A stretch of 64,000 bases of DNA, taken from assembly GCA_046290465.1 (NCBI GenBank), contig JBKAGP010000001.1, positions 4,064,001-4,128,000 of the forward strand, given 5' to 3'. Made by a program: the position numbers and the translations under genes. The notes beneath the pieces are model-generated. The model saw only the letters and a list, made by a program, of their open reading frames with translations. It had not been told where the DNA came from and ran no database searches. Below, in pieces: positions 30,554-39,228 of this stretch (position 1 is the first letter of the stretch; the number at the start of each line of letters is the position of its first letter). Source of the stretch: Planctomycetota bacterium. GTDB lineage: Bacteria > Planctomycetota > UBA1135 > UBA2386.

Positions 30554-31221
30554 CCGACTCCTCCTACGGGATCCTGATCGTCAGGATCGCCCGGTGCGTC
30601 CCCCGTGGCATCCTGTGCATCGAGCTTGCGGCTGACGTCCAGGTGCGGGAAACGGGTGCGAACGGTGTGTTCGAGAGCGAGGTGGGCACGCGCGAGGCGT
30701 GACTTGACCGTTCCCATCGACACGTCGAGGGTTGCGGCCAGATCCTCGTACGACATCTCCTCGAGATAGCGCAGCGCCAGGATGGCGCGCAGCTTCGGGC
30801 TGAGCTTCGAGATCGCGAGCTGGACCTGGTCGCCCACCTCGTGCACGGCGGCCACGTCACGCGGCCCGAGCGACTCGTCGACCATGTCGACCCGGTTCTC
30901 CTGGTCGGAGAGCAAGGTCGGGGCACGCCCCACCTTGTTGCGCCGGCGGTGGTCGATGCTGCAGTTGGCGACGATGCGGAACAGCCACGTGCTGAACAGC
31001 GAGTTGCCCTTGAAGCTGCCGAGCTTGCGGAACAGCAGCGCGAAGCTCTCCTGCACGATGTCGAGCGCATCCGACTGGTTGCCGGAGATCCGGAATGCGA
31101 TCGCGTAGACGCGCTCCCGGTAGCGGTTGAACAGGACCTCGAACGCCTGGTGGAAGCCCTCGCTGTCGGGGTTCCGACAGGCAGCTACCAGCTCGGCATC
31201 GGGGTCGCGCAAGAGTTCCAC
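30550..31221 (-). CDS. ECF RNA polymerase sigma factor (RpoE-like)
   Basis: DAELV, DALDIVQESF, FSTWLFRIVAN and SYEDLA..LDVSMGTVKSRLARA. Confidence 0.93.
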   Translation of the reverse strand: MELLRDPDAELVAACRNPDSEGFHQAFEVLFNRYRERVYAIAFRISGNQSDALDIVQESFALLFRKLGSFKGNSLFSTWLFRIVANCSIDHRRRNKVGRAPTLLSDQENRVDMVDESLGPRDVAAVHEVGDQVQLAISKLSPKLRAILALRYLEEMSYEDLAATLDVSMGTVKSRLARAHLALEHTVRTRFPHLDVSRKLDAQDATGDAPGDPDDQDPVGGVG

Positions 31222-31345
31222 GAGTCTTCGACGTGCCGAGCCCGGCCGGGGGTTCCGTCGAAATCGGGTCAGACGTCACAAACGCCTGATCGAGGCCGGG
31301 TTAGCGAGGGGGTCGCGCCGACCGGCGCCGACCGTTCGAAGGTAG

Positions 31346-32269
31346 CTAGTTGCCGCCGATGAGCTCGGTGCCACCGGGAATCGTGATCGTCCAACCGACC
31401 GACTGGCTGCAGCTGCTGTCGCACTCGAGGTCGTTGGCGTCCTCGCAGTCGGCCGCGGTCACGATGTAGGTCGTGCCGGCGGGGCCGACGGTGTCCTCTT
31501 CCAGCGTCAGCACACAGACACGGTTGGACTCGATGCTCATCGAGCTGGAGGTCGACGGGATCGGGCTCAGCGTCTGGATGACGTAGCGGCCATCGCCGAA
31601 CGGGATCAACGTGGCCAGGCCCGCGGGGCCGGGGATCAGCTTCTGGCCGTTGGACAGCTGCTGCCCTTCGACGGTGGTCTCGGCCCAAATCGTGCACGGC
31701 GAGACCGACTGCAGGATCGACTCGTCGACCAACGGGATCGACAGCTGCACCCAGATGCCGTCCTCGGGGGTCACGCGCTCGCGGTAGACCACGCCGGAGG
31801 CTGCAAAGATGTTGAGCGGGAAGCGCACACCCGGCCATTCGGGGCGCTCCAGCCAGGTCTCGAACGAGTGGATCGAGTTGATCCCAGGGTTGGTCGCGCC
31901 GCCCGCCGGCATCACGCGGTGGAAGACGTGCATCCACGTCAGCGGGTCGCCCGAGCCCGGCGTCGGTCCGGTGATCACCAGACGCATCTGCTGGTCGGCG
32001 GGCAGCGGCGCGTTTCCGGAGCGCGGATTCCCCCCTTCGATCACTTCTACGAAGTCGGGGACCTGATCGCCGTCGGTGTCGGGGTTGGTGCTGTTGGTCA
32101 GCACGACCCACTCGACGACGTCGGGCAGGAAATCACCATCCGTATCGATATCGGCGACGGTCTGGCCACTGCCACCCGTTGCCGCCACCGATTGGCCTGG
32201 CTCCGACCATGCGACGAAGGCCGTCGCAAGTCCGCTAGCCACCAGAAGGAGGGAGAACTTTCGCTGCAT
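31346..32269 (-). CDS. Exported protein with Ca-binding DxDxDG repeats and a Cys-containing C-terminus
   Basis: Signal peptide MQRKFSLLLV, DTDGDFLPD and DTDGDQVPD repeats, four Cys near the C-terminus. Confidence 0.7.
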   Translation of the reverse strand: MQRKFSLLLVASGLATAFVAWSEPGQSVAATGGSGQTVADIDTDGDFLPDVVEWVVLTNSTNPDTDGDQVPDFVEVIEGGNPRSGNAPLPADQQMRLVITGPTPGSGDPLTWMHVFHRVMPAGGATNPGINSIHSFETWLERPEWPGVRFPLNIFAASGVVYRERVTPEDGIWVQLSIPLVDESILQSVSPCTIWAETTVEGQQLSNGQKLIPGPAGLATLIPFGDGRYVIQTLSPIPSTSSSMSIESNRVCVLTLEEDTVGPAGTTYIVTAADCEDANDLECDSSCSQSVGWTITIPGGTELIGGN

Positions 32270-32481
32270 CAGGGACGCTGGGATGCCTGAACTAGCTGAG
32301 AGGGGTCTCGGGGTTTCAAGCAGCCTGGGTAGTAGATTCAACCACCACGGGGGTCTTCAGGCAAGCCAGGGAACGCCGTGGATCGTGCGGAATCCCTACC
32401 TAGACGGAGAAAGCTCGACCCTGCCCACGGGAGTCCCGTCGTTGTCTTTCGGAGTGTGGCCCGATAAGACCGGTGTTTCGC

Positions 32482-32558
32482 GCACCCGTAGCTCAGCTGG
32501 ATAGAGCGACGGTCTCCGAAGCCGTAGGTCAGAGGTTCGACTCCTCTCGGGTGCGCCA
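32482..32558 (+). tRNA. tRNA-Arg(CCG)
   Basis: Cloverleaf GCACCCG..CGGGTGC-G-CCA, D-loop AGCTGGATA, anticodon loop CT-CCG-AA, T-loop GGTTCGACTCC. Confidence 0.97.
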
Positions 32559-32642
32559 GTTTCCGCGCTCCACCTCCGCCGGAGCAGGGCGCCGTTTTTG
32601 GTTCGGCGAAAGTATTTGGTTCGGCGAAACCGGGAGCCCGAC

Positions 32643-34385
32643 GTGCCGACGCTCGCATTCCACATCGACGTCACCCGCCCCGCCCAGCGCGAACTGCACG
32701 TGCGCGCCACGTGGACGACCGACGCCGGCGGCGAGGTCGAGTTCTTCCTGCCGACCTGGACCCCGGGGAGCTACCTGCTGCGCGAGTACTCGCGCCACGT
32801 GTCGCGGGTGCAGGCCTTCGAGCCCGGCACCGACCGCGAGCTCGCCTGCCGCAAGACCGCCAAGAACCGCTGGGTCGCCGCGACCGCCGGCGGCGGCGTC
32901 GAGCTGCGCTACCGCGTCTACGCGCACGAGCTGACGGTTCGCACCGCGGACGTCGATGCGTCGCACGCCTACTGGAACCACACGTGCCTGTTGCTGTGGC
33001 CGCGCGAGCACCGCAACGTGCCGGCGGAGCTGGTCGTCGACTACCCGCCCAACTGGTCGCTGAGCTGCAGCCTGCCGTCCCACGTCGAGCCCGAACTGGA
33101 GCACAAGCGCTGCACGCTGCACGCGCGCGACCTCGACGACGCGCTCGACGCGCCGGTGCTGATCGGCACCACGCAGCGGGTCGAGTGGCAGGTCGACGGC
33201 GTGCCGCACGCGATCGAGCTCGACGGCCTCGGCTCGGTGTCGCCGCCGCCGACACTCGCGAGCGACCTCGAAGCGATCACGCGCACCGCCGCGGCGGTGT
33301 TCGGTGGGCAGCTGCCGTACGAGAGCTACCTGTTCCAGGCGTTGTTCGCCGGCGAAGGCTACGGCGGCCTCGAGCACCGCAACTCGTCGACGCTGCTGAT
33401 GCCGCGCACGTCGCTGACGACCGACAAGGGCTACCGCGACTTCCTTGGCCTCGCCGCGCACGAGCTGTTCCACGCGTGGAACGTCAAGCGAATGCGACCG
33501 GTCGAGTTCTGGGACTACGACTACGAGCAGGAGAACTACACCAGGCTGCTCTGGGTCATGGAGGGCTGGACCGCCTACTACGACGACCTGCTGGTGGTGC
33601 GCGCCGGCCTGATGAGCCACAAGGACTACCTCGCCACGATGGCGAAGAACCTGCAGGGCATGCGCTCGTCGCCGGGCCGCTTCGAGCTGAGTCTGGAGGA
33701 GTCGAGCTTCGACGCCTGGATCCGGCTGTATCGCCCCGACGAGAACACGCGCAACTCGTCGCAGAACTACTACGGCAACGGCGCCGTCGCGGCGCTGTGC
33801 CTCGACCTCGGCATCCGCCGCGCGACCTCGGGCGAGAAGAGCCTCGACGACGTGATGCAGCAGCTGTGGCGGGACTCGTACGAGAACGGTCGCGGCTACG
33901 AACTCGAGGACGTGCACCGCGCAATCACGCAGGTCGGCGGCGAGGCGCTGATCGAGCCGTTGCGCCAGCTGGTCACCGGCCCGCTCGACCCCGAACTGGA
34001 CGAGGTGCTGGTCGACGTCGGCGTCAAGGTCGAAGCCAACGATGCCGGCAAGCCGTACCTCGGTGTCGCGCTCAAGGGTGGGTCGACCAAGGTCGCTTCG
34101 GTCACGCGCGGCGGCCCGGCCTACGACGCGGGGGTCGCTCCGGACGACGAACTGCTCGCCATGCAGAACCTGCGCGTCACCAGTGGCAACTGGCAGGCGA
34201 TCCTGGCCGCGATCGCGCACGTCGACCAACCGTTCGAACTGCTGGTCGCGAGGCGTGGCGTCATCCGTTCGCTCGAGGTCACCCCCTCGGCGAGCCCCGG
34301 CACGATCAAGCTGGCCGCCAATCAGGACGCGACCGAGCCACAGGTCGCCGCACGCAACGCCTGGCTCGGCGCGGAAGCCGACTGA
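32643..34385 (+). CDS. M61 glycyl aminopeptidase with PDZ domain
   Basis: PTWTPGSYLLRE, GGLEHRNS, HELFHAWNVKR, EGWTAYY and a C-terminal PDZ domain. Confidence 0.93.
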   Translation: MPTLAFHIDVTRPAQRELHVRATWTTDAGGEVEFFLPTWTPGSYLLREYSRHVSRVQAFEPGTDRELACRKTAKNRWVAATAGGGVELRYRVYAHELTVRTADVDASHAYWNHTCLLLWPREHRNVPAELVVDYPPNWSLSCSLPSHVEPELEHKRCTLHARDLDDALDAPVLIGTTQRVEWQVDGVPHAIELDGLGSVSPPPTLASDLEAITRTAAAVFGGQLPYESYLFQALFAGEGYGGLEHRNSSTLLMPRTSLTTDKGYRDFLGLAAHELFHAWNVKRMRPVEFWDYDYEQENYTRLLWVMEGWTAYYDDLLVVRAGLMSHKDYLATMAKNLQGMRSSPGRFELSLEESSFDAWIRLYRPDENTRNSSQNYYGNGAVAALCLDLGIRRATSGEKSLDDVMQQLWRDSYENGRGYELEDVHRAITQVGGEALIEPLRQLVTGPLDPELDEVLVDVGVKVEANDAGKPYLGVALKGGSTKVASVTRGGPAYDAGVAPDDELLAMQNLRVTSGNWQAILAAIAHVDQPFELLVARRGVIRSLEVTPSASPGTIKLAANQDATEPQVAARNAWLGAEAD

Positions 34386-34553
34386 TCTGCGCGGCCGCGG
34401 CGCTGGCTGCTGCTGGGGCCTCTGCTCGCCAATCCGCGCGAGCACCCTTGCCTGGCAGGTCTGCCGGCAGGTTCGCCGACGTCTTCGCGAGCACCTTCGA
34501 GGACCCTGGGAACCAGAGAGGACCCGTCGGGAAAGGCCGCTCGCAGCGGCGCG

Positions 34554-34808
34554 TCAGCCGAGCGAACTGTGCGTGCCGTCGCAGTAGGGGGCATTGCGGC
34601 TCTTGCCGCATGCACACCAGACCACCGTGCGCGGTTCGTCGAACACGACCTTGATCGGGGTCACGTCGGAATCGCGGTGTGTGCCGTCACACAGCGGGTA
34701 GGAGCTGCTCCGCTGGCATCGACACCAGGCGTGCTTGCCGGCGCCACACCGATCGACGAACGGGCCCTTGAGGACACGTCCGGGAGGTTGAGGACGGGAG
34801 TCGGTCAC
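34554..34808 (-). CDS. Tandem CDGSH iron-sulfur domain protein
   Basis: WCRCQRSSSYPLCDGTH and WCACGKSRNAPYCDGTH. Confidence 0.9.
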   Translation of the reverse strand: MTDSRPQPPGRVLKGPFVDRCGAGKHAWCRCQRSSSYPLCDGTHRDSDVTPIKVVFDEPRTVVWCACGKSRNAPYCDGTHSSLG

Positions 34809-35030
34809 ACTCCCGTTCTACAACCTCCCGGCGGTCGAGTAGCAAGAGCTACCAAGCAATGGTTGCAGTCGGTTCCGCGGCTTCGGCGAGGAAGCCACGG
34901 AGTCAGAAGAAGGTGAGAGAAGCCCCCTCGACGCTGGCCCACCGAGGTAGGCCCACCGAGGCGGTCCGCCGCCGGCGGGCCGCCGACTCGTGGGGGAGTG
35001 GCATCGAGGATGAAAAGGGATGAGGGTCGG

Positions 35031-35657
35031 TCAGCGGAACTTGCGGATGACGCCGCGCACGACGCCGCGAAGCTGCACGCGGTTGGTGAACAGTGGCTCC
35101 ATCTCGCTGTTCGCCGGCTGCAGGCGGATCATGCCGTTGGACTCGCGGTAGAAGCGCTTCAGGGTCGCCTCCTCGTCCTCGAGGATCGCGACGACGATGT
35201 CGCCGTCGTTGGCGGTCTCGCGACGCTCGACCACGACCAGGTCGCCGTCGTCGATGTGGTCCTCGATCATCGACTTGCCCTTGACCCGCAGCAGGTAGAT
35301 GCGGTCCCCGGTCGGAACCAGGTCGGTCAGGCTCATGTCCTCGCGATCTTCGAGCACGTCGATCGGGCGGCCGGCCGCAATCGATCCGAGCAGCGGCAGG
35401 CTCGGGATCGGATCCTCGTGCTGGTCCATCTCCTCGGCATCCGGGTCGTAGAGGATCGCCACCGCGCGCGCCTTAGCGCGGTCGCGGTGGATGGCGCCCT
35501 TCTTGGTCAGCTGGTTGAGGTGCTCGTGGATCGTGATCTTGCTGACCCCGAGCGCCTGGGCGGCCTCGTCCAGCGTCGGGGCGATGCCGTTCTCCTTCCG
35601 GTAGTCGCGGAAGTAGCGCAGCACGCGGATCTGCTTCTCAGTGAGCATCAGGTTCAT
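35031..35657 (-). CDS. lexA: SOS repressor LexA
   Basis: LTEKQ wHTH start, cleavage site IAAG, catalytic GKSM (Ser) and TLKR (Lys), LQPAN. Confidence 0.96.
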   Translation of the reverse strand: MNLMLTEKQIRVLRYFRDYRKENGIAPTLDEAAQALGVSKITIHEHLNQLTKKGAIHRDRAKARAVAILYDPDAEEMDQHEDPIPSLPLLGSIAAGRPIDVLEDREDMSLTDLVPTGDRIYLLRVKGKSMIEDHIDDGDLVVVERRETANDGDIVVAILEDEEATLKRFYRESNGMIRLQPANSEMEPLFTNRVQLRGVVRGVIRKFR

Positions 35658-35711
35658 TGCAGCTCTCCAGTCAGGAACGCGGGCGTCCGAGGACGGACGG
35701 CCTCCCGAACG

Positions 35712-36185
35712 TCACGCGAACATCGCGAGGGCCAGGAAGGTGATGATCATCATACAAGCACCGAACAACTCGAACGCATGCCGAATCCGGTTTCGCGCAA
35801 ACGAATCCCCGGCCTTGGCCTGCCTCGGCGGCTCGAGTTCTCGCACGACCCGCGGGCGGACCGGCTGCGGCCTGCCCGCCACCTTCGGCAGCGCCTCGTC
35901 GACCCACACCGTGGTCCGGCGGCCTCGGCGCACCTTGGTGCTAACCTCGCTCCAGGAAGCTGCTTGGCCTCGCTTCGCGGGCTCGACGACGGCCGCCCCC
36001 CAGCGCACGCGCTGGTTGGTCGCCGGACGGGTCGCCGGGCCCGTGCTGGTGCTCCGCGCCGCGCCACCCACCGCTCCCGCGGCTCGGCTGGCCGTCGTGC
36101 TGGCAGCGGTGCTGGCGGTCAGGCGCCGGCTGGCCTGGCGGGTCGAAGTGGTGAGGGGAAGCGTCTGCTGGCTGATCGTGACCAT
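35712..36185 (-). CDS. Basic low-complexity protein with a C-terminal TM helix, upstream of lexA
   Basis: RBS (AGGA), upstream sigma-70 promoter, hydrophobic C-terminus LFGACMMIITFLALAMFA. Confidence 0.6.
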   Translation of the reverse strand: MVTISQQTLPLTTSTRQASRRLTASTAASTTASRAAGAVGGAARSTSTGPATRPATNQRVRWGAAVVEPAKRGQAASWSEVSTKVRRGRRTTVWVDEALPKVAGRPQPVRPRVVRELEPPRQAKAGDSFARNRIRHAFELFGACMMIITFLALAMFA

Positions 36186-36231
36186 GTCTGGGTCCTGCCT
36201 GTAGGGTTTCGTTCGCGCTTTGTTTGGCTCG

Positions 36232-36259
36232 AAGTTAGCTCGATGTTCAGATCTGTCAA
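36232..36259 (-). promoter_or_regulatory. Sigma-70 promoter of the ORF-lexA unit
   Basis: TTGACA-16 bp-TAACTT in an AT-rich intergenic region with an upstream A-tract. Confidence 0.7.
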
Positions 36260-36394
36260 CAACACCGTTCGGGTTTTTTTAGGTCCTCCGTTGAGCGGGG
36301 CTTCGGCGGCAATGGGGCGCAAGCCGAAATACCGACCGGGCGGAGCTGTTCTCTGCTCGTCATGCAGCGCCGTGCTGTTCGGAAGAACCTGCCG

Positions 36395-36943
36395 ATGGAA
36401 CGCCCCACGGACCACCTGAAGGACGACCACGTCGTGGCCGCCCGCGCGGTGCGTTGTCTGGCGGCGATCGCCCGGCAGGTGCGCCACGGGGACCCGTTCC
36501 CGGCGGACGACACGGCGACCGTGCTGCGCTTCCTGCGCGAGTGGGTCGTCGCCGTGCACATGCGCAAGGAGGACGAGGTCCTGGGTCCGGCGGTCGCGAT
36601 GCGTGGCGACGAACGGTCGGCGGAGATCGTCGGCGAGCTGTTCCGGCTGCACGAGGAGATCGCCGAACTGCTGCACTACCTGGTCCTGTTCTGGGAGCCG
36701 CTCGGCGAGCTGACGACCGAAGAACGGAGCGGCTTCGCCGAGACCGTCGACGCGCTGGTCGCACGCCTCGAGCGGCGCCAGGAGCTCGAGGAGAGCGGGC
36801 TGTTTCCGGCGTGCGATCGCTACGTGCCGGCCGACGACCAGCTGCACTGGATCGAGGAGTTCGCGCAGCTCGAGATCGAGCGCGGCACCCGCGCGGCGTG
36901 GGCGGACCAGATCCAGTCGCTCGCAACCCGCTGGCTGAGCTGA
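36395..36943 (+). CDS. Hemerythrin-like (HHE) domain protein
   Basis: LKDDH, HMRKEDEVL, LHEE and EESGLFP motifs. Confidence 0.75.
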   Translation: MERPTDHLKDDHVVAARAVRCLAAIARQVRHGDPFPADDTATVLRFLREWVVAVHMRKEDEVLGPAVAMRGDERSAEIVGELFRLHEEIAELLHYLVLFWEPLGELTTEERSGFAETVDALVARLERRQELEESGLFPACDRYVPADDQLHWIEEFAQLEIERGTRAAWADQIQSLATRWLS

Positions 36944-37101
36944 GCCTGCGCGCACCCGCGCAGTTCGTGTCCGGCCGGAACTTGTCCCGCCGCCGAAGCC
37001 GCGCAGAATGGGGGTGCGAACCAACGCCGCGAAGGTCACGGGCCGGTCAGCCCGCGCGCGCGTCAGCGTGCCCCTGCGCGGCCAACAGAGAAGCCTCCCG
37101 C

Positions 37102-37761
37102 ATGATCCTCAAACTCGAGCGCCCCCTCGTCTTCCTCGACTTCGAAACCACCGGACTGGACGTCAAGCACGACCGGATCCTCGAACTGGCGTTCATCCGC
37201 CTGCTCCCCGACGGCACGCGCGAGGAGATGGTCCAGCGCATCAACCCGGGCATCGAGGTCAGCAAGACCGCGGCCAAGGTCACCGGCATCCACTCCAACG
37301 ACGCGATGGGCCTGTTCTGGGGGCCGCCGCTGAAGAAGGTCGGCGACAAGCTGCTCGAGTTCCTCGGCGACAGCGACATCGCCGGCTTCAACCAGATCAA
37401 CTACGACATGCCCCTGTGGCGCAACGAGTGCAAGCGCCACGACATTCCCTACGAGGAGGGCAGCCGCGCCCAGGTCGACGTGAAGGTCATCTTCAACGTC
37501 TGCGAGAAGACCTGGGACCGCTTCCTGATGGGGCCGCGCAACCTCTCGGCCGCCGTGCGCCACTACTGCGGCCGCGAGCTCGAGGGGGCGCACGCCGCCG
37601 AGCACGACACCCACGCGACCATCGACGTGCTGCTCGCCCAGCTCGAACGCCACCCCGAACTGCCGCGCGACGTGAAGGGCCTCAGCGACTTCTGCCTGCG
37701 CAACAGCGACGAGAACCGCGACGACGAGCCGAGCGAGATGACCGGCGGCGCGGGCCTGTGA
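37102..37761 (+). CDS. DEDDh 3'-5' exonuclease (DnaQ/epsilon-like)
   Basis: FLDFETTG, GFNQINYD and AHAAEHDT motifs. Confidence 0.9.
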   Translation: MILKLERPLVFLDFETTGLDVKHDRILELAFIRLLPDGTREEMVQRINPGIEVSKTAAKVTGIHSNDAMGLFWGPPLKKVGDKLLEFLGDSDIAGFNQINYDMPLWRNECKRHDIPYEEGSRAQVDVKVIFNVCEKTWDRFLMGPRNLSAAVRHYCGRELEGAHAAEHDTHATIDVLLAQLERHPELPRDVKGLSDFCLRNSDENRDDEPSEMTGGAGL

Positions 37762-38198
37762 GCTGGTCGACGCGTCTTCGCTACCGCTTCGGCGACATCG
37801 ACGACGCGGGCATCGCCTACTACCCCAAGCTGCTGCACTACTTCCACCAGGCCTTCGAGGACTGGTGGAGCGACGCGCTCGGGCACCCGTACCCCAAGCT
37901 GCTGCACGAAGACCAGCTCGGCTTTCCAGCCGTCAAGATCGAGGCCGAGTTCTTCGCGCCGATCGCGTATGGCGACGAGCCGGACGTGCACCTGGGCGTG
38001 CTGCACATGGGCACGTCGTCGGTGACGTTCGCGTTCTGGATGACGGTGGGGGACGAGCCGCGCCCGCGCTGCCGCGCGAAGATCACGACCGCCGCCGTGC
38101 ACATGGTCGAACGCACCAAGCTCGCGCTGCCGGAGAACTGGCGCGAGCGGTTCGCGTCGTTCGCGATGGACGAAGCGGACTACCCGAGCGGGCGGTAG
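37758..38198 (+). CDS. Acyl-CoA thioesterase (4HBT/hotdog fold)
   Basis: RFGDIDDAGIAYY motif; GTGA overlap with the upstream gene. Confidence 0.88.
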   Translation: MSWSTRLRYRFGDIDDAGIAYYPKLLHYFHQAFEDWWSDALGHPYPKLLHEDQLGFPAVKIEAEFFAPIAYGDEPDVHLGVLHMGTSSVTFAFWMTVGDEPRPRCRAKITTAAVHMVERTKLALPENWRERFASFAMDEADYPSGR

Positions 38199-38490
38199 GT
38201 GGTGCAGGGCGGGGGATTCCGAGGCAGCCTGGCGGGATCGGCGCCAAGCAGTCGCAAGCAAGCTCGACGTGTCATGCGAACGACTCCCGCTCGGAAGCCA
38301 GGCACGATGTCCTTCTCTTCATCGGTGTCCCGCCACATTTTGACTACGTGGGCTTGGCAGCCTGCAATCAGGTACGCCATTTTCTTCGCTGCCTGACTGC
38401 AGATGACGGCAGCCCTCGTGCACGATGGCGTGGATGCCGCGTGGGCGCGCAAGGCAGCCGTTGTTGGGATCTCTGTGCGCGCCGCCCATC

Positions 38491-39228
38491 ATGAAGCAAC
38501 CCACCAGCCGGACGAGCGTCGCCTTCGCACTCGCCCTCGTCGTGCTCGTCGCCAACCGGCTGCGCGGCGACATCCCGGGCTACCGCGACCTGCACATCTG
38601 GCTGCTCACGGAAGTGCACGTGCTCGCGGCCCAGGCCGTCGGGCCGCTGATCCTGGTCGTCGCGTCGCTGCTGCTGGCGCGCTTCGCGGCCGGCGCAGGC
38701 AACGCCACGCGCGCGCTCGGCCTGCGCGCGCCGGTCGGCAAGGGTCTGCTGCTCGGCTTCGTGATCGGCCTGCCGATGCTGCTGCAGGCGCCGTTCTCGT
38801 CGAACGGCTTTGCGTTCACGGTCGAGCAGCTGCACGCGATCGTCACGGCGCCGTTCAACGAAGAGGTGTTCTTCCGCGGCATGCTGGTGCTCGTGCCGGT
38901 CTACGTCGGTGGCCGGCGCTTCTGGCCGTTCGCGATCGGCGCGGGGCTCTTGTTCGGATCGGTGCACGTGCCGTGGGACGACCGCATCGGCATGCAGTAC
39001 TTCGCCACGTTCGCCGCGACGGCGGCCGGCGGCATCTGGTACGCGTGGCTGCTGCGCTGCTTCGACCGCAACCTGTGGTTGACGATCTCGCTGCACGCGA
39101 CGATGAACGCGGCGTGGGCGCTGTTCGACGTGTCCGACGACGCCGCCGGCGGGCTGTGGCCCAACGTCGGCCGCGGCCTGACGATCGCGCTCGGCACGGT
39201 GCTCGCCCTGCGCCGCTCCCGCAACTAG
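38491..39228 (+). CDS. CPBP (CAAX/Abi) intramembrane metalloprotease
   Basis: EEVFFRG, FGSVH and HATMN motifs. Confidence 0.9.
   Translation: MKQPTSRTSVAFALALVVLVANRLRGDIPGYRDLHIWLLTEVHVLAAQAVGPLILVVASLLLARFAAGAGNATRALGLRAPVGKGLLLGFVIGLPMLLQAPFSSNGFAFTVEQLHAIVTAPFNEEVFFRGMLVLVPVYVGGRRFWPFAIGAGLLFGSVHVPWDDRIGMQYFATFAATAAGGIWYAWLLRCFDRNLWLTISLHATMNAAWALFDVSDDAAGGLWPNVGRGLTIALGTVLALRRSRN

Noticed and set aside
32482..32640. Genomic island integrated at tRNA-Arg
   Set aside because: No integrase, no duplicated tRNA 3' end noticed, and flanking genes have native composition.
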